From positions 1 to 42,936 of IMG/VR virus record IMGVR_UViG_3300032320_000989: a stretch of DNA of 42,936 nucleotides. One strand, 5' to 3'. A program made the position numbers and the translations under genes. Every line of letters begins with the position of its first letter. Positions within the stretch are counted from its first letter, which is position 1. This document shows, one piece after another, positions 36,601-42,936 of this stretch. This stretch comes from a virus. Its lineage: Duplodnaviria > Caudoviricetes. The notes below the pieces were generated by a model. That model made no database searches and was not told where the DNA came from. It saw only the letters and a program-made list of their open reading frames with translations.

Positions 36601-39600
36601 TACAGTGGTATAATCAGGCCATGCAAATCTTGGAACTGCACCGCCGTTTATTGTTCCTACTACATCGTCAATAATAGATCCAATTTGATATGCGGCACCA
36701 CCAGTGGCAATACCTTTAATTTTATATTTTAAGAATTTAATTAAGCCTAGACTTGCATCTTTTTGGTCTGCAAGTACTACGGCTGTTGAACTTAATCCAC
36801 GATTATAACTTGCTCCAACAATAGTCGAAGCAAAATTACTGTTAAACATTACATCGCGACCAATAGCATCAACCATGTATCCAATATCTCTTGAGCAAAG
36901 AGCTTCATCAAAGCTCAATGATTGGAAAAACTTTTTCACATAGCCAAGTCCGTCTGACTGAATTTCTGCTTTTCTGTCTTGTAATTCGTTAAAGCCGGCA
37001 AGTAAACTTGCATCAACCCACGAAGTTGCTGGTGCAACTGCTGTTCCTGCTACTCCAGTGTTAATCCAATCGATAATATCTTGTACACGATCTTGTGCAA
37101 ATGTACCGGAAACTGCTGGGCCGCCTGTGCCGCTCAATGACTGGGAAGTAACGTTACCTGATTGCGGTGTAACTGACAGACGCTGTGCCACTGTAGTAAT
37201 AATAGATTTTAAATGTGCGTATGCGGCCAGCGTTGCTGTCAATTCACTAGTAGCAATAGTTAAATCTAATCCAGAATAATATGCACTACCAGCAATTTCG
37301 CTTTGAGTATTACCACCATAGGTAATGTCATAACGAATTGCATCTAAAATATAACCAATGTCTCTTTGACATTTGGCTTGACCTGTTGCGCCTAAAGCAC
37401 TCCATACTGCTGGATAGGTATTTTCAATGTATTTGCTAACATCTGCCTTGATAAATGCATAGTTGTTAAGAATTTGTGTTCTTGCATTATTGTAACCAGT
37501 AGTATCGCCTGTGGCATTTCCTGTAGTTGCGTAGGCTGTGTTTGTTAAAATCGGAGCGCCAGTGCCCCAATTTGTTGGGTTTGTGATTAATTCTGTTGGT
37601 ACTGAATTAATTCCATTGTTAAGTACATCATATATTACGTTTGCACTTCTTACAACACGACTAGCCGCTACACTACTACCAACATTACCGTCTGGTAATG
37701 TTGTATCTTGTGTTTCTGTATTTCCAGAAGTTGCTGATATAGCGTTATTCTGTACTAGGTCTGATGCTAGTGCTTTAATTCTGTTTAAAGCAGATACAGT
37801 TTTTGGTTTGTCACTGGCAAGGTTGGCAATAGCAGGTTGTGGACTAATTACTGTTGAACGAAGTTCGTCTCCCACTACCGCAGTATTTTTAGGAACTACC
37901 ATTGGCAATACTTCAAAGAATGTACCTGTTTTTACACTAATTGTTGTATTTGAATATGTTGCTGTTGGTATTGCTGAAACAACGCCTGCTTCGATACCAT
38001 CTGTTACAATAGTTAACAGTGCTTGAGCTCTTTCAGCGGATCCAGACTCAGCAAGAATACTAACATCTAAGATTGGTTCTGCTCTGTCGGCTAATGGAAC
38101 TCCATTGGCTACTTGATAGTTTGCAGAGTCTGTTGCATTGTTAATTACTGCGGCCGCTAATGTTTTTAGATAATTGTATGCGGCAATAGTTTGCGTAGTC
38201 TGTTGGCCAAAATTAGCATTGATATAACTTGAACCAGATGCTGTGTAATATGCTTTGGCTGCTTTTGTTGACTCTTCGTTTCCGCCATGCCCTAGGTCAT
38301 AGATTAGTGCATCAACTAGGTAACCAACATCACGCTCACAGAATGCTTGATCGTAGGATAAAGTTCCTGTCATACTAGCAGTCTGTGTGGTTAATACTCT
38401 TGTTGTACCGCTTGCTTGGTTTGAAATTGTAAATTTTGTAGAACTTATTATATCTTTGACGTAGTATTCTGTACCAGCAGTAACTCCTCCTACTGTGCCG
38501 CTGAATTTAATTGGCATGTTAGCAGATAAGTTAGCAGTGCTGATGCAAGTGAATTCATTTGTTGCGGCAGAACTAGCAGAAATATCAACTGTGTAGGTAT
38601 AGATTACCCAGTTAGTAATTTCTTTCATTATGTACTGTTTATTTCTTGTTAGATTATAAACAGCATTTCTATTCCAATAACCTTTTTCAATTTGTTCGCA
38701 GGCAAATCTTACACTGCCCCACGGTTTGTCAATAGTTAATCCCCAACCTGTGTCAGTGCTATCAGTTCCTGTTGGTGCTACATAAACAATGTTATTAATA
38801 ACACCGTAGTATGCCCACTCTGGATAACCATTTCTTGAACGAAGAACTGTGCCGTCATCGCCCAATGGTAAACGTGTAGGACCATTTGCACCATAATAGT
38901 ATGTGTCACCTGCTGTAGTTAACACAGAAGATTCAGAACCGGCCGCTAATAGATTCCAGTAAGTACCTGTTGTGTCGTTATCTGGGCGATTACCTAACCC
39001 TGCGGTGTGCCCTTGTACACAGATATATGTGCTGGCTCCCCAAAATACAAGATCTCCAATAACATAAACTGTACTTGTAGTCCATGTAACAGAATTACCT
39101 GTTTGTGTAAATGTTGCAATAGCACCAGAACTAACTGTCGATACTGTTAAAGTGATATCGTTAACTGGGCTTAGACCGCCTACTGCTGTGCCAAGAATTT
39201 TTAAAGTATTTCCTGCCGCATAACTGCCGCCTGGATTATTTAAAACGATAGAATATTTTGTTCCTGAACGTGTTACATCAAATGTTGCACCGATTCCTGA
39301 ACCTGTTAACGCTGTGCTGGCTACGCCTGTGTAAGAAACAGTAGGATTAGATAAACGTAAACCTGAATTTAATCTGCTCCAGTAAGTGACATTTGGTGGA
39401 GCGTAGTTTACGTTGTCAAGAACTGCAACATAAGTATATCCGCCTACTCTTACAACATCACCCACTTGATAGTCGGTTGAATTGTTCCAGTCTCCGCTGA
39501 AATTAAATCCTGTTGTATAAACATCCCAGTACGCGGTTGCTGTTGAAGGATTTTCGTCAGTATTATTTTGTTTGGCAATATATGAATAACCACCATAGGT

Positions 39601-40329
39601 TACCACATCGCCTTCTTGGTAGACAGCAGAGTCGTTCCAAGAATCTTCAAATTGTAGACCTTCTACAAATGTTTCCCATTTAGTATTATCAAAACTAGTA
39701 GTTGATGTATGATGTGTTGTACAGATCCAAGTGCCAGCGCCGTATTTTACAATGTCGTTAACACGATAACGTACAGCATCAGTCCATACACCTAGGTAAA
39801 TAAATCCTTGATTAAATTCATCCCACTTACCTTGGTCTGCTTCTAGGCCAGATGCCGCAGTCGATGCTGATGTGTGTTTTTCATTACAAACATAAGTTAT
39901 ACCACCGTAGACAACTAAGTCGTTTAAACGATATCTTGTGGATGTTGTCCAGTCTTGTCTCCAGAACAATGTAGCGGCCAATGTGTCCCACTTACCCTGA
40001 TCTGCTTCTAAACCAAGTGCAGTCGTCGCGGCAGAAGTATGTGCGTCGGTACAGATATAAACCACGCCACCATATTTGACTTGATCGCCCTGGTTATAGT
40101 ATGTACTGGTAGCCCAGTCTCCTCTCCATTCTAGTCCTGCGGCTACTAGATTCCATTTGGTAGGATTAAAATTTAAGTCTGTTTCAAAAAGAGCAGACGC
40201 TGTGTGATTTTTAACGCAGATATAACTGTTACCGCCAACTCTTACTACGTCGTCTACGACATAGCCTGTTCCTATAGTCCAGTCTCCCTGCCAAACTAAT
40301 CTAATTCTACCTAATTTAAATTCTGCCAT
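30604..40329 (-). CDS. Giant (3241 aa) multidomain virion protein: Trp-rich carbohydrate-binding-like repeats, interrupted beta-helix, CxRD helical repeats, propeller repeats, conserved C-terminal domain
   Basis: MAEFKLGR.R..W.G.W start; W....Y..GD.V.YGG..Y.C repeats; YVAP.G.D..PW and GDELRS pectin-lyase-like motifs; IAYGNG.FVA propeller repeats; S.VRLTGHD..IG.G and GRVF.TSTDQDGNF C-terminus. GGAG RBS and late promoter upstream. Confidence 0.8.
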   Translation of the reverse strand: MAEFKLGRIRLVWQGDWTIGTGYVVDDVVRVGGNSYICVKNHTASALFETDLNFNPTKWNLVAAGLEWRGDWATSTYYNQGDQVKYGGVVYICTDAHTSAATTALGLEADQGKWDTLAATLFWRQDWTTSTRYRLNDLVVYGGITYVCNEKHTSASTAASGLEADQGKWDEFNQGFIYLGVWTDAVRYRVNDIVKYGAGTWICTTHHTSTTSFDNTKWETFVEGLQFEDSWNDSAVYQEGDVVTYGGYSYIAKQNNTDENPSTATAYWDVYTTGFNFSGDWNNSTDYQVGDVVRVGGYTYVAVLDNVNYAPPNVTYWSRLNSGLRLSNPTVSYTGVASTALTGSGIGATFDVTRSGTKYSIVLNNPGGSYAAGNTLKILGTAVGGLSPVNDITLTVSTVSSGAIATFTQTGNSVTWTTSTVYVIGDLVFWGASTYICVQGHTAGLGNRPDNDTTGTYWNLLAAGSESSVLTTAGDTYYYGANGPTRLPLGDDGTVLRSRNGYPEWAYYGVINNIVYVAPTGTDSTDTGWGLTIDKPWGSVRFACEQIEKGYWNRNAVYNLTRNKQYIMKEITNWVIYTYTVDISASSAATNEFTCISTANLSANMPIKFSGTVGGVTAGTEYYVKDIISSTKFTISNQASGTTRVLTTQTASMTGTLSYDQAFCERDVGYLVDALIYDLGHGGNEESTKAAKAYYTASGSSYINANFGQQTTQTIAAYNYLKTLAAAVINNATDSANYQVANGVPLADRAEPILDVSILAESGSAERAQALLTIVTDGIEAGVVSAIPTATYSNTTISVKTGTFFEVLPMVVPKNTAVVGDELRSTVISPQPAIANLASDKPKTVSALNRIKALASDLVQNNAISATSGNTETQDTTLPDGNVGSSVAASRVVRSANVIYDVLNNGINSVPTELITNPTNWGTGAPILTNTAYATTGNATGDTTGYNNARTQILNNYAFIKADVSKYIENTYPAVWSALGATGQAKCQRDIGYILDAIRYDITYGGNTQSEIAGSAYYSGLDLTIATSELTATLAAYAHLKSIITTVAQRLSVTPQSGNVTSQSLSGTGGPAVSGTFAQDRVQDIIDWINTGVAGTAVAPATSWVDASLLAGFNELQDRKAEIQSDGLGYVKKFFQSLSFDEALCSRDIGYMVDAIGRDVMFNSNFASTIVGASYNRGLSSTAVVLADQKDASLGLIKFLKYKIKGIATGGAAYQIGSIIDDVVGTINGGAVPRFAWPDYTTVDTQDFAAAKLIWENSEFLQAETLQYITTNYPSIEYSQTACARDVGYIIDALRYDMVYGGNFASKQAGIAYYSRLTSALQIDAADKAATLAAYGNLKTALQDIANGGLSSYTPLQVGTSYTGTPVGFAGDAASATRVGALMDIITNIINNGLTTGVPRVTITAIATNNTFTAGTHGLSAGDEVIAQSTANGLVSGTTYYVISAGLTSTQFRLAATYNGTAIATFTNGTGLSIAVEITNLPGTSWVTANLVNQNTLLSVNKSTIQNNVITYITDNYPNLNYNSATCSRDVGYIIDAIRYDLMMNSNFRSVKAGMSYYQAQASVVLDDQKRATLQAFRYMKKLVAAVIDNNADAETYVRKMMSIIIDIIDKGVGETPEVNGTLSYMNDVGIINAAEILRNNSTFLENEATAWIKSQFGGTVTSTDATTDEFTTSASHRLTVGDPVTFSSTELTTLIEAVDSGTKNVTLRTAAGVTTNMRFVVTGTGLGTLTAGIYYVQAVVNPTTVKVSSSVGGPAIDPGTATGLAGVTIGTAWGGISYGVQYYVLTTPTTTTFTIGEMVDSTTPVALTTSTGVMQTAYSFDEDACKRDMREYISSIIYDLNWPGNYKSARSAVLYNNAVKGSEMSDMFHVSNATGLRNCTLRGLEGDLSDENAYGTKRPTAGAYVALNPGFGPNDSKVWVQTRSHYSQNVTMFGYGCTGAKIDSSLHAGGNKSMVKNDFTTILSDGIGVWCTGADSLTELVSVFAYYSYAGYLAELGGRIRATNGNSSYGVYGVIAEGVNSQEVPLYARLNNRGAQAQITQTVTDGVMEVLRFEYGNAGTNYTNTSHTINGSGYNATAIGDEFRDGAIFETRVIDLDNGDGVGGTNYVTAANAAQTGDATTITIAATDQALSAAYIGMRIQITAGTGVGQYANILTYETGSKIAKVYKDSFTSITATATTTGTNLITVPSTVTLYAGMPIWFTSAANGVEANRIYYVRTSGLTATQFSISTTGAGGTAVSISATGVVSLPILAAGWDHVVPGTPIVSALDLTTTYIIEPKISYAAPGYTATARTLSATATWTEATFGDNKYVAVSGGSSTTTSFSATGTTWASAGVLPASANWIDVVYGGGEGATATTIVGGIGGRGAVLQAVLGVPNTTGAATQDQVATVTIFDGGEGFNTPPVIVFTPVSGGSGAVATCTVLNGAIATITVTVPGSGYNAVPTVSVATDRVTDIVVNSWGKNYFSAPSVTIDDPYTGTAWSSGGTVALNDKIFYTNTTVTPNRKNWYQVTAGGTLTTTGPTHTSGSASNGTATLLYIGTTAVATPSLTNAGVSSFTINYSGQGYTTTPAITILDTGARYVAIATGSTNNAYTTRTGIAGTSAWTAGTALPASDFTSIAYGNGVYVVVGGTASAASSVTGSLWTTRTIPTLGSGTYSGVAYGNGTFVAITTGNVATAVSSNGSAWTAGGNLPTSSTWSHVVYGNGRFVAIATGTRNVAISYDKGTSWVLSVSQLPSAATWTEIGYGQGLFFAVASGGTTAATSPDGINWTLRAMPSSSNWNSVVFGNINNRPLWVAISNTSGTIAASIRTGAQALGRVKVASGVVIETRMVEPGSGYPYGTVSATAVTTNLITVDNTVNLVDGQPVEFFGTSAGGLVEEQTYYVIGSTITSTQFKVSATQYSATAVTLETATISGMTYRAAPVFTVTDPNKVKVAAFRARTGDGALGNPSFSNRGADNATATSDTVGDGYSDLFQVSTFVNVYGLSEVPTAGANVEFANIPGEYYKLVTVTNFVEDLDNMGTYKATFQINPSLTTLNAPRHGDAITTRLKYSQVRLTGHDYLYIGTGNQTQTNYPYVDIATAIQANQALFTNGGRVFFTSTDQDGNFNVGNLFGVQQATGTATLNASAFNLSGLNSLQLGSIELGIDSAIITQFSTDPFFTADSDNVVPTQRAIRAYITAQIGGGQSSLNVNTLTSGVIYIAGNSISTTTGEGINVTSRMNFTGGIDGSPVALAFFMQR
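34790..38345 (-). repeat. Six dispersed CxRD(V/I)GY..DA..YD...GN helical protein repeats
   Basis: Cys codons at about 38340, 37371, 36897, 36483, 35751 and 34854 (FCERDVGY, KCQRDIGY, LCSRDIGY, ACARDVGY, TCSRDVGY, ACKRDMREY). Confidence 0.85.
38950..40290 (-). repeat. About seven ~50-aa Trp/Tyr-rich repeats (CBM5/12-like)
   Basis: W....Y...D.V..GG..Y(I/V)C...HTS units; GLEADQGKWD occurs twice identically. Confidence 0.8.
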
Positions 40330-40352
40330 TTAAATGCTCCATCCGTATATGT

Positions 40353-40360
40353 TATTTATC
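40353..40360 (-). promoter_or_regulatory. Putative late promoter GATAAATA
   Basis: Minus-strand GATAAATA 23 nt upstream of ATG 40329, with a GGAG RBS in between. Confidence 0.7.
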
Positions 40361-40382
40361 TTAGTATAAACTTCAGTCAAAA

Positions 40383-42935
40383 TCATCGACGATTTGCTGA
40401 TTTTAAAAAGTAATACATGGCCATACCATCGCCATCCCAACCTGAAAACTGACCGCCAAATCGTATTACGTTTGGCATGTTTACCACTGATCCTGCTGTG
40501 CCTTCTGGAATAGTACTGCTAATTTTATCAGGTCCACCAACTAATACTGTACCAGCAATCAACTGTCCAGTGAAAGTATTACTACCACCCTGACTTAATC
40601 TATTTGTTAGATATGCTTTGATTGCTCTCTGTGTTGGAATAATTTGGTTGCTGTTAGCCACAAATGTTTCGTCTGTGCTAAATGATCTAATAACCACACT
40701 GGCTGTACCTACAGCGATACCGCCAAGACTCAATGTTTCTAGTCCACTTAATCCAAACTGGCTGGCACTTAAAGTAACAATACCGGTGGCCTGTTCAACA
40801 GCAAATAATCCGCCAACTTTAAAGTTACCGTCCTGGTCTGTTGATGTATAGAATACTCGTCCGAAGTTTACTTCAACTGCTTGGTCTTGCGGTGCTAATA
40901 CAGTATCTTCAGGCACATCTGGATAATTCGTCTGTATAAAATTACCATAACCAATACTTAAAAAGTCATGACCAGTTAGACGAGCTTGACTGTACTTCTG
41001 TCTAATAGTTACCACAGCATCGTGAGCAGGACTCTTTGCAGTACTCATCTCGGGTGCTAACTGAATATTTGCTTTAATATTTGGTGCAGTTGTTCCGTAT
41101 ACTGCGGTTGCGCTTGTAACTTTATAAATTGTAGTATTGCCGGCTATAACTAAGTTGTCACCTGGTGCAGGTAAATTTGTTAATTCTTTAACAATGATAG
41201 TTAATCCAACTTGGAAAGTATCAGCATATCCGCCACCATTAATAAGAACATTTGTAGAATTTGTATTATAGTCCTGTCCTCTATTAATGAATGTTGGGTT
41301 TGCTAATGTACCGTGACTAATTCTGTTTAACGTTGTTGCAGTTAATGTAATATTTGGATCCGTAAAGGTCAACCCGGGCGCAGTTAGATATCCTGAACCA
41401 GGTTCAAATAAACTTATAGATCTAATGCGACCGGATGCCACGTTTGCTCTACCTTTTGTTCTACATCCAGCAGTTATAACACTACCTGTATTTTGTCCTG
41501 CGGCTGATAAGAATCGTCCAGCGCCAGGTCCGATAGAAGGTCCAATTGCGGCACTGGTAAATCCAAATTTCAATGCTGAATAGTTGCTACTGGTCACTGT
41601 TCTTTCTGTCCAGTTAATGCCGTCCTCTGTGGTCCATGCACTAGTGCTACTGTTGTCAAGTCCCATAAATACGCCTTGACCATAGGCTAACTTATCTACT
41701 GCACCAATTGGCAATAAACTTTCGGACCAAGTAACAGCATCTCTACTATAAGCAGACTTTCCGCCATTGCTAGATACAGCAACATATAAACCATTACCAA
41801 ATTCTACTTGTGACCAGTCGGCTGTGCTAGGTAATGTTGTACTAGTCCAAGTAACGCCGTCTGTTGTATATGCGGCACGTTGAGATACTGCTGTTCCTGC
41901 TCCTGATACTGACGCAATAGATGTTACATCGCCGGGCGCAGTAGCCATACTGGTAATAGTAATTGTAAGATCGTTTGCTGGTGTTGTGCCACCTAAACTA
42001 GTTCCTAAAATTTTCAGTGTTTGTCCGTTAGAGTATCCTGTGCCGTTGGCCGATAATGATACTACATAAGACGAACCAGAAGTTGTAACATTAAACGCGG
42101 CTCCTGAACCAGTAGCAGTAACGTTTGTTGCTGTCAGTCCGCTGTACAATGGCGCCTGTGCTACTGCAACAAACTTACCTCCGCCATAGGTTAAACCATT
42201 GTATGCTCCAGCGGGTAATAGTCCGCCTCTAACCCAAGTTTTACCATAGTTTGTAGAATAAGCAGACATTGTGCCGTTTAGTGCAGTAGTAGATCCTGAT
42301 ACTGTAAATGTATCAATTATAGCAGTTGGAGAACCCAGTGGTGTCTGCAATCCTGTAACTGTGATAGTTAAATCATTTGCAGGCGTTGCACCGCCAATGT
42401 CTGATCCTAAAATCTTTAATTGATTTCCTACAAGGTATCCCGATCCCGATGTTGATATTGCTAGAGTTGCATTTCCACCAGTTACTGTGACATTAAATTT
42501 AGCACCCGATCCTGATCCAGACAATGTTGTTGTACTGATATTTTTAAAAATAAATGCATTAGTATTTGAAATAGCAATAAATTTTCCGTTACCGTATGCA
42601 AGTTTAGTCCAAGCAGTGGCCAGCGGCATGGCAGTTTCTCTCCATCCTACACCAGCAGAATTTGAAATTAATGCTCTAGATGGACTGCCATCAAGTTGTA
42701 CTTCATTAGAAATAATTACCCAATATCCATTACCATAGGCAATATCGGACCAAGAAGTATTAACAGGCAGTGTCAACGTTGACCAAGTTGTACCAGCATT
42801 GGTTGTTTTAGCCGCTGTTGAAAAATTGTTTGGTATAGCAATGAATGTTTCGTTGCCGTAGGCTATTGAGGCCCATGATACACCAACGCCTAGTGTTGGC
42901 AATGTTGAAGAAGACTGAGCAAATGGCGGAGCAGT
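40383..42935 (-). CDS. Large virion protein, paralogue of 30604-40329; only the C-terminal part is in the window
   Basis: The frame stays open to the right edge (TAPPFAQSSST precedes the called TTG). IAYGNG propeller repeats; KYSQARLTGHDFL.IG.GN, GRVFYTSTDQDGNF and PTQRAI.AY are shared with the 3241-aa protein. Confidence 0.85.
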   Translation of the reverse strand, partial: TAPPFAQSSSTLPTLGVGVSWASIAYGNETFIAIPNNFSTAAKTTNAGTTWSTLTLPVNTSWSDIAYGNGYWVIISNEVQLDGSPSRALISNSAGVGWRETAMPLATAWTKLAYGNGKFIAISNTNAFIFKNISTTTLSGSGSGAKFNVTVTGGNATLAISTSGSGYLVGNQLKILGSDIGGATPANDLTITVTGLQTPLGSPTAIIDTFTVSGSTTALNGTMSAYSTNYGKTWVRGGLLPAGAYNGLTYGGGKFVAVAQAPLYSGLTATNVTATGSGAAFNVTTSGSSYVVSLSANGTGYSNGQTLKILGTSLGGTTPANDLTITITSMATAPGDVTSIASVSGAGTAVSQRAAYTTDGVTWTSTTLPSTADWSQVEFGNGLYVAVSSNGGKSAYSRDAVTWSESLLPIGAVDKLAYGQGVFMGLDNSSTSAWTTEDGINWTERTVTSSNYSALKFGFTSAAIGPSIGPGAGRFLSAAGQNTGSVITAGCRTKGRANVASGRIRSISLFEPGSGYLTAPGLTFTDPNITLTATTLNRISHGTLANPTFINRGQDYNTNSTNVLINGGGYADTFQVGLTIIVKELTNLPAPGDNLVIAGNTTIYKVTSATAVYGTTAPNIKANIQLAPEMSTAKSPAHDAVVTIRQKYSQARLTGHDFLSIGYGNFIQTNYPDVPEDTVLAPQDQAVEVNFGRVFYTSTDQDGNFKVGGLFAVEQATGIVTLSASQFGLSGLETLSLGGIAVGTASVVIRSFSTDETFVANSNQIIPTQRAIKAYLTNRLSQGGSNTFTGQLIAGTVLVGGPDKISSTIPEGTAGSVVNMPNVIRFGGQFSGWDGDGMAMYYFLKSANRR

Positions 42936-42936
42936 A

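Noticed and set aside
38950-40290. Periodic repeats that might be a CRISPR array or DNA tandem repeat
   Set aside because: The repeats are degenerate at DNA level, in frame and conserved as protein motifs. There are no identical direct repeats with spacers and no cas genes.
928-42738. Numerous 60-160 aa ORFs antisense to or nested in long genes (e.g. 2138-2509, 7768-8193, 11097-11474, 26109-26402, 28349-28771, 37538-38026)
   Set aside because: Shadow ORFs of codon-biased genes: no RBS or motifs, and they overlap well-supported CDSs. 26109-26402 starts inside the terminator.
2-42936. Possible stop-codon reassignment: no called gene ends in TAG
   Set aside because: Genes are full-length under the standard code with no in-frame TAG or TGA interruptions, and TAG is normally the rarest stop in AT-rich genomes. 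This is at most avoidance, not evidence of recoding.

Overview
The window is part of the genome of a large T4-like (myovirus-type) tailed bacteriophage. Two blocks of virion structural genes flank an enzyme block. The left block (880-12204) has a LamG adhesin, a 2017-aa fibre with an Mtd-type N-terminus, a gp9/gp10-like mini-protein and T4 gp14/gp15-like neck and tail-completion genes. The right block (26135->42936) has three paralogous C1q-like fibres and two giant paralogous virion proteins. Between them lies a tightly coupled, visibly AT-richer array of about 13 kb: GroES, 13 tandem Fe(II)/2-oxoglutarate or cupin oxygenases, 4 paralogous proteins with a possible dUTPase-like fold, and a flavin-dependent tryptophan-halogenase homologue. 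Two more oxygenases, a Nudix hydrolase and a QueC-like gene lie nearby. T4-type late-promoter motifs (xxTAAATA) precede the structural genes and also the enzyme block. The best candidate for an undescribed system is therefore a late-expressed oxidative/halogenating tailoring cluster that may modify virion proteins. A second candidate is six CxRD helical repeats in the 3241-aa protein that resemble the bilin-binding helix of phycobiliproteins. All family calls come from motif recognition by eye; no searches were run. No rRNA, tRNA, CRISPR array or mobile element was recognised.
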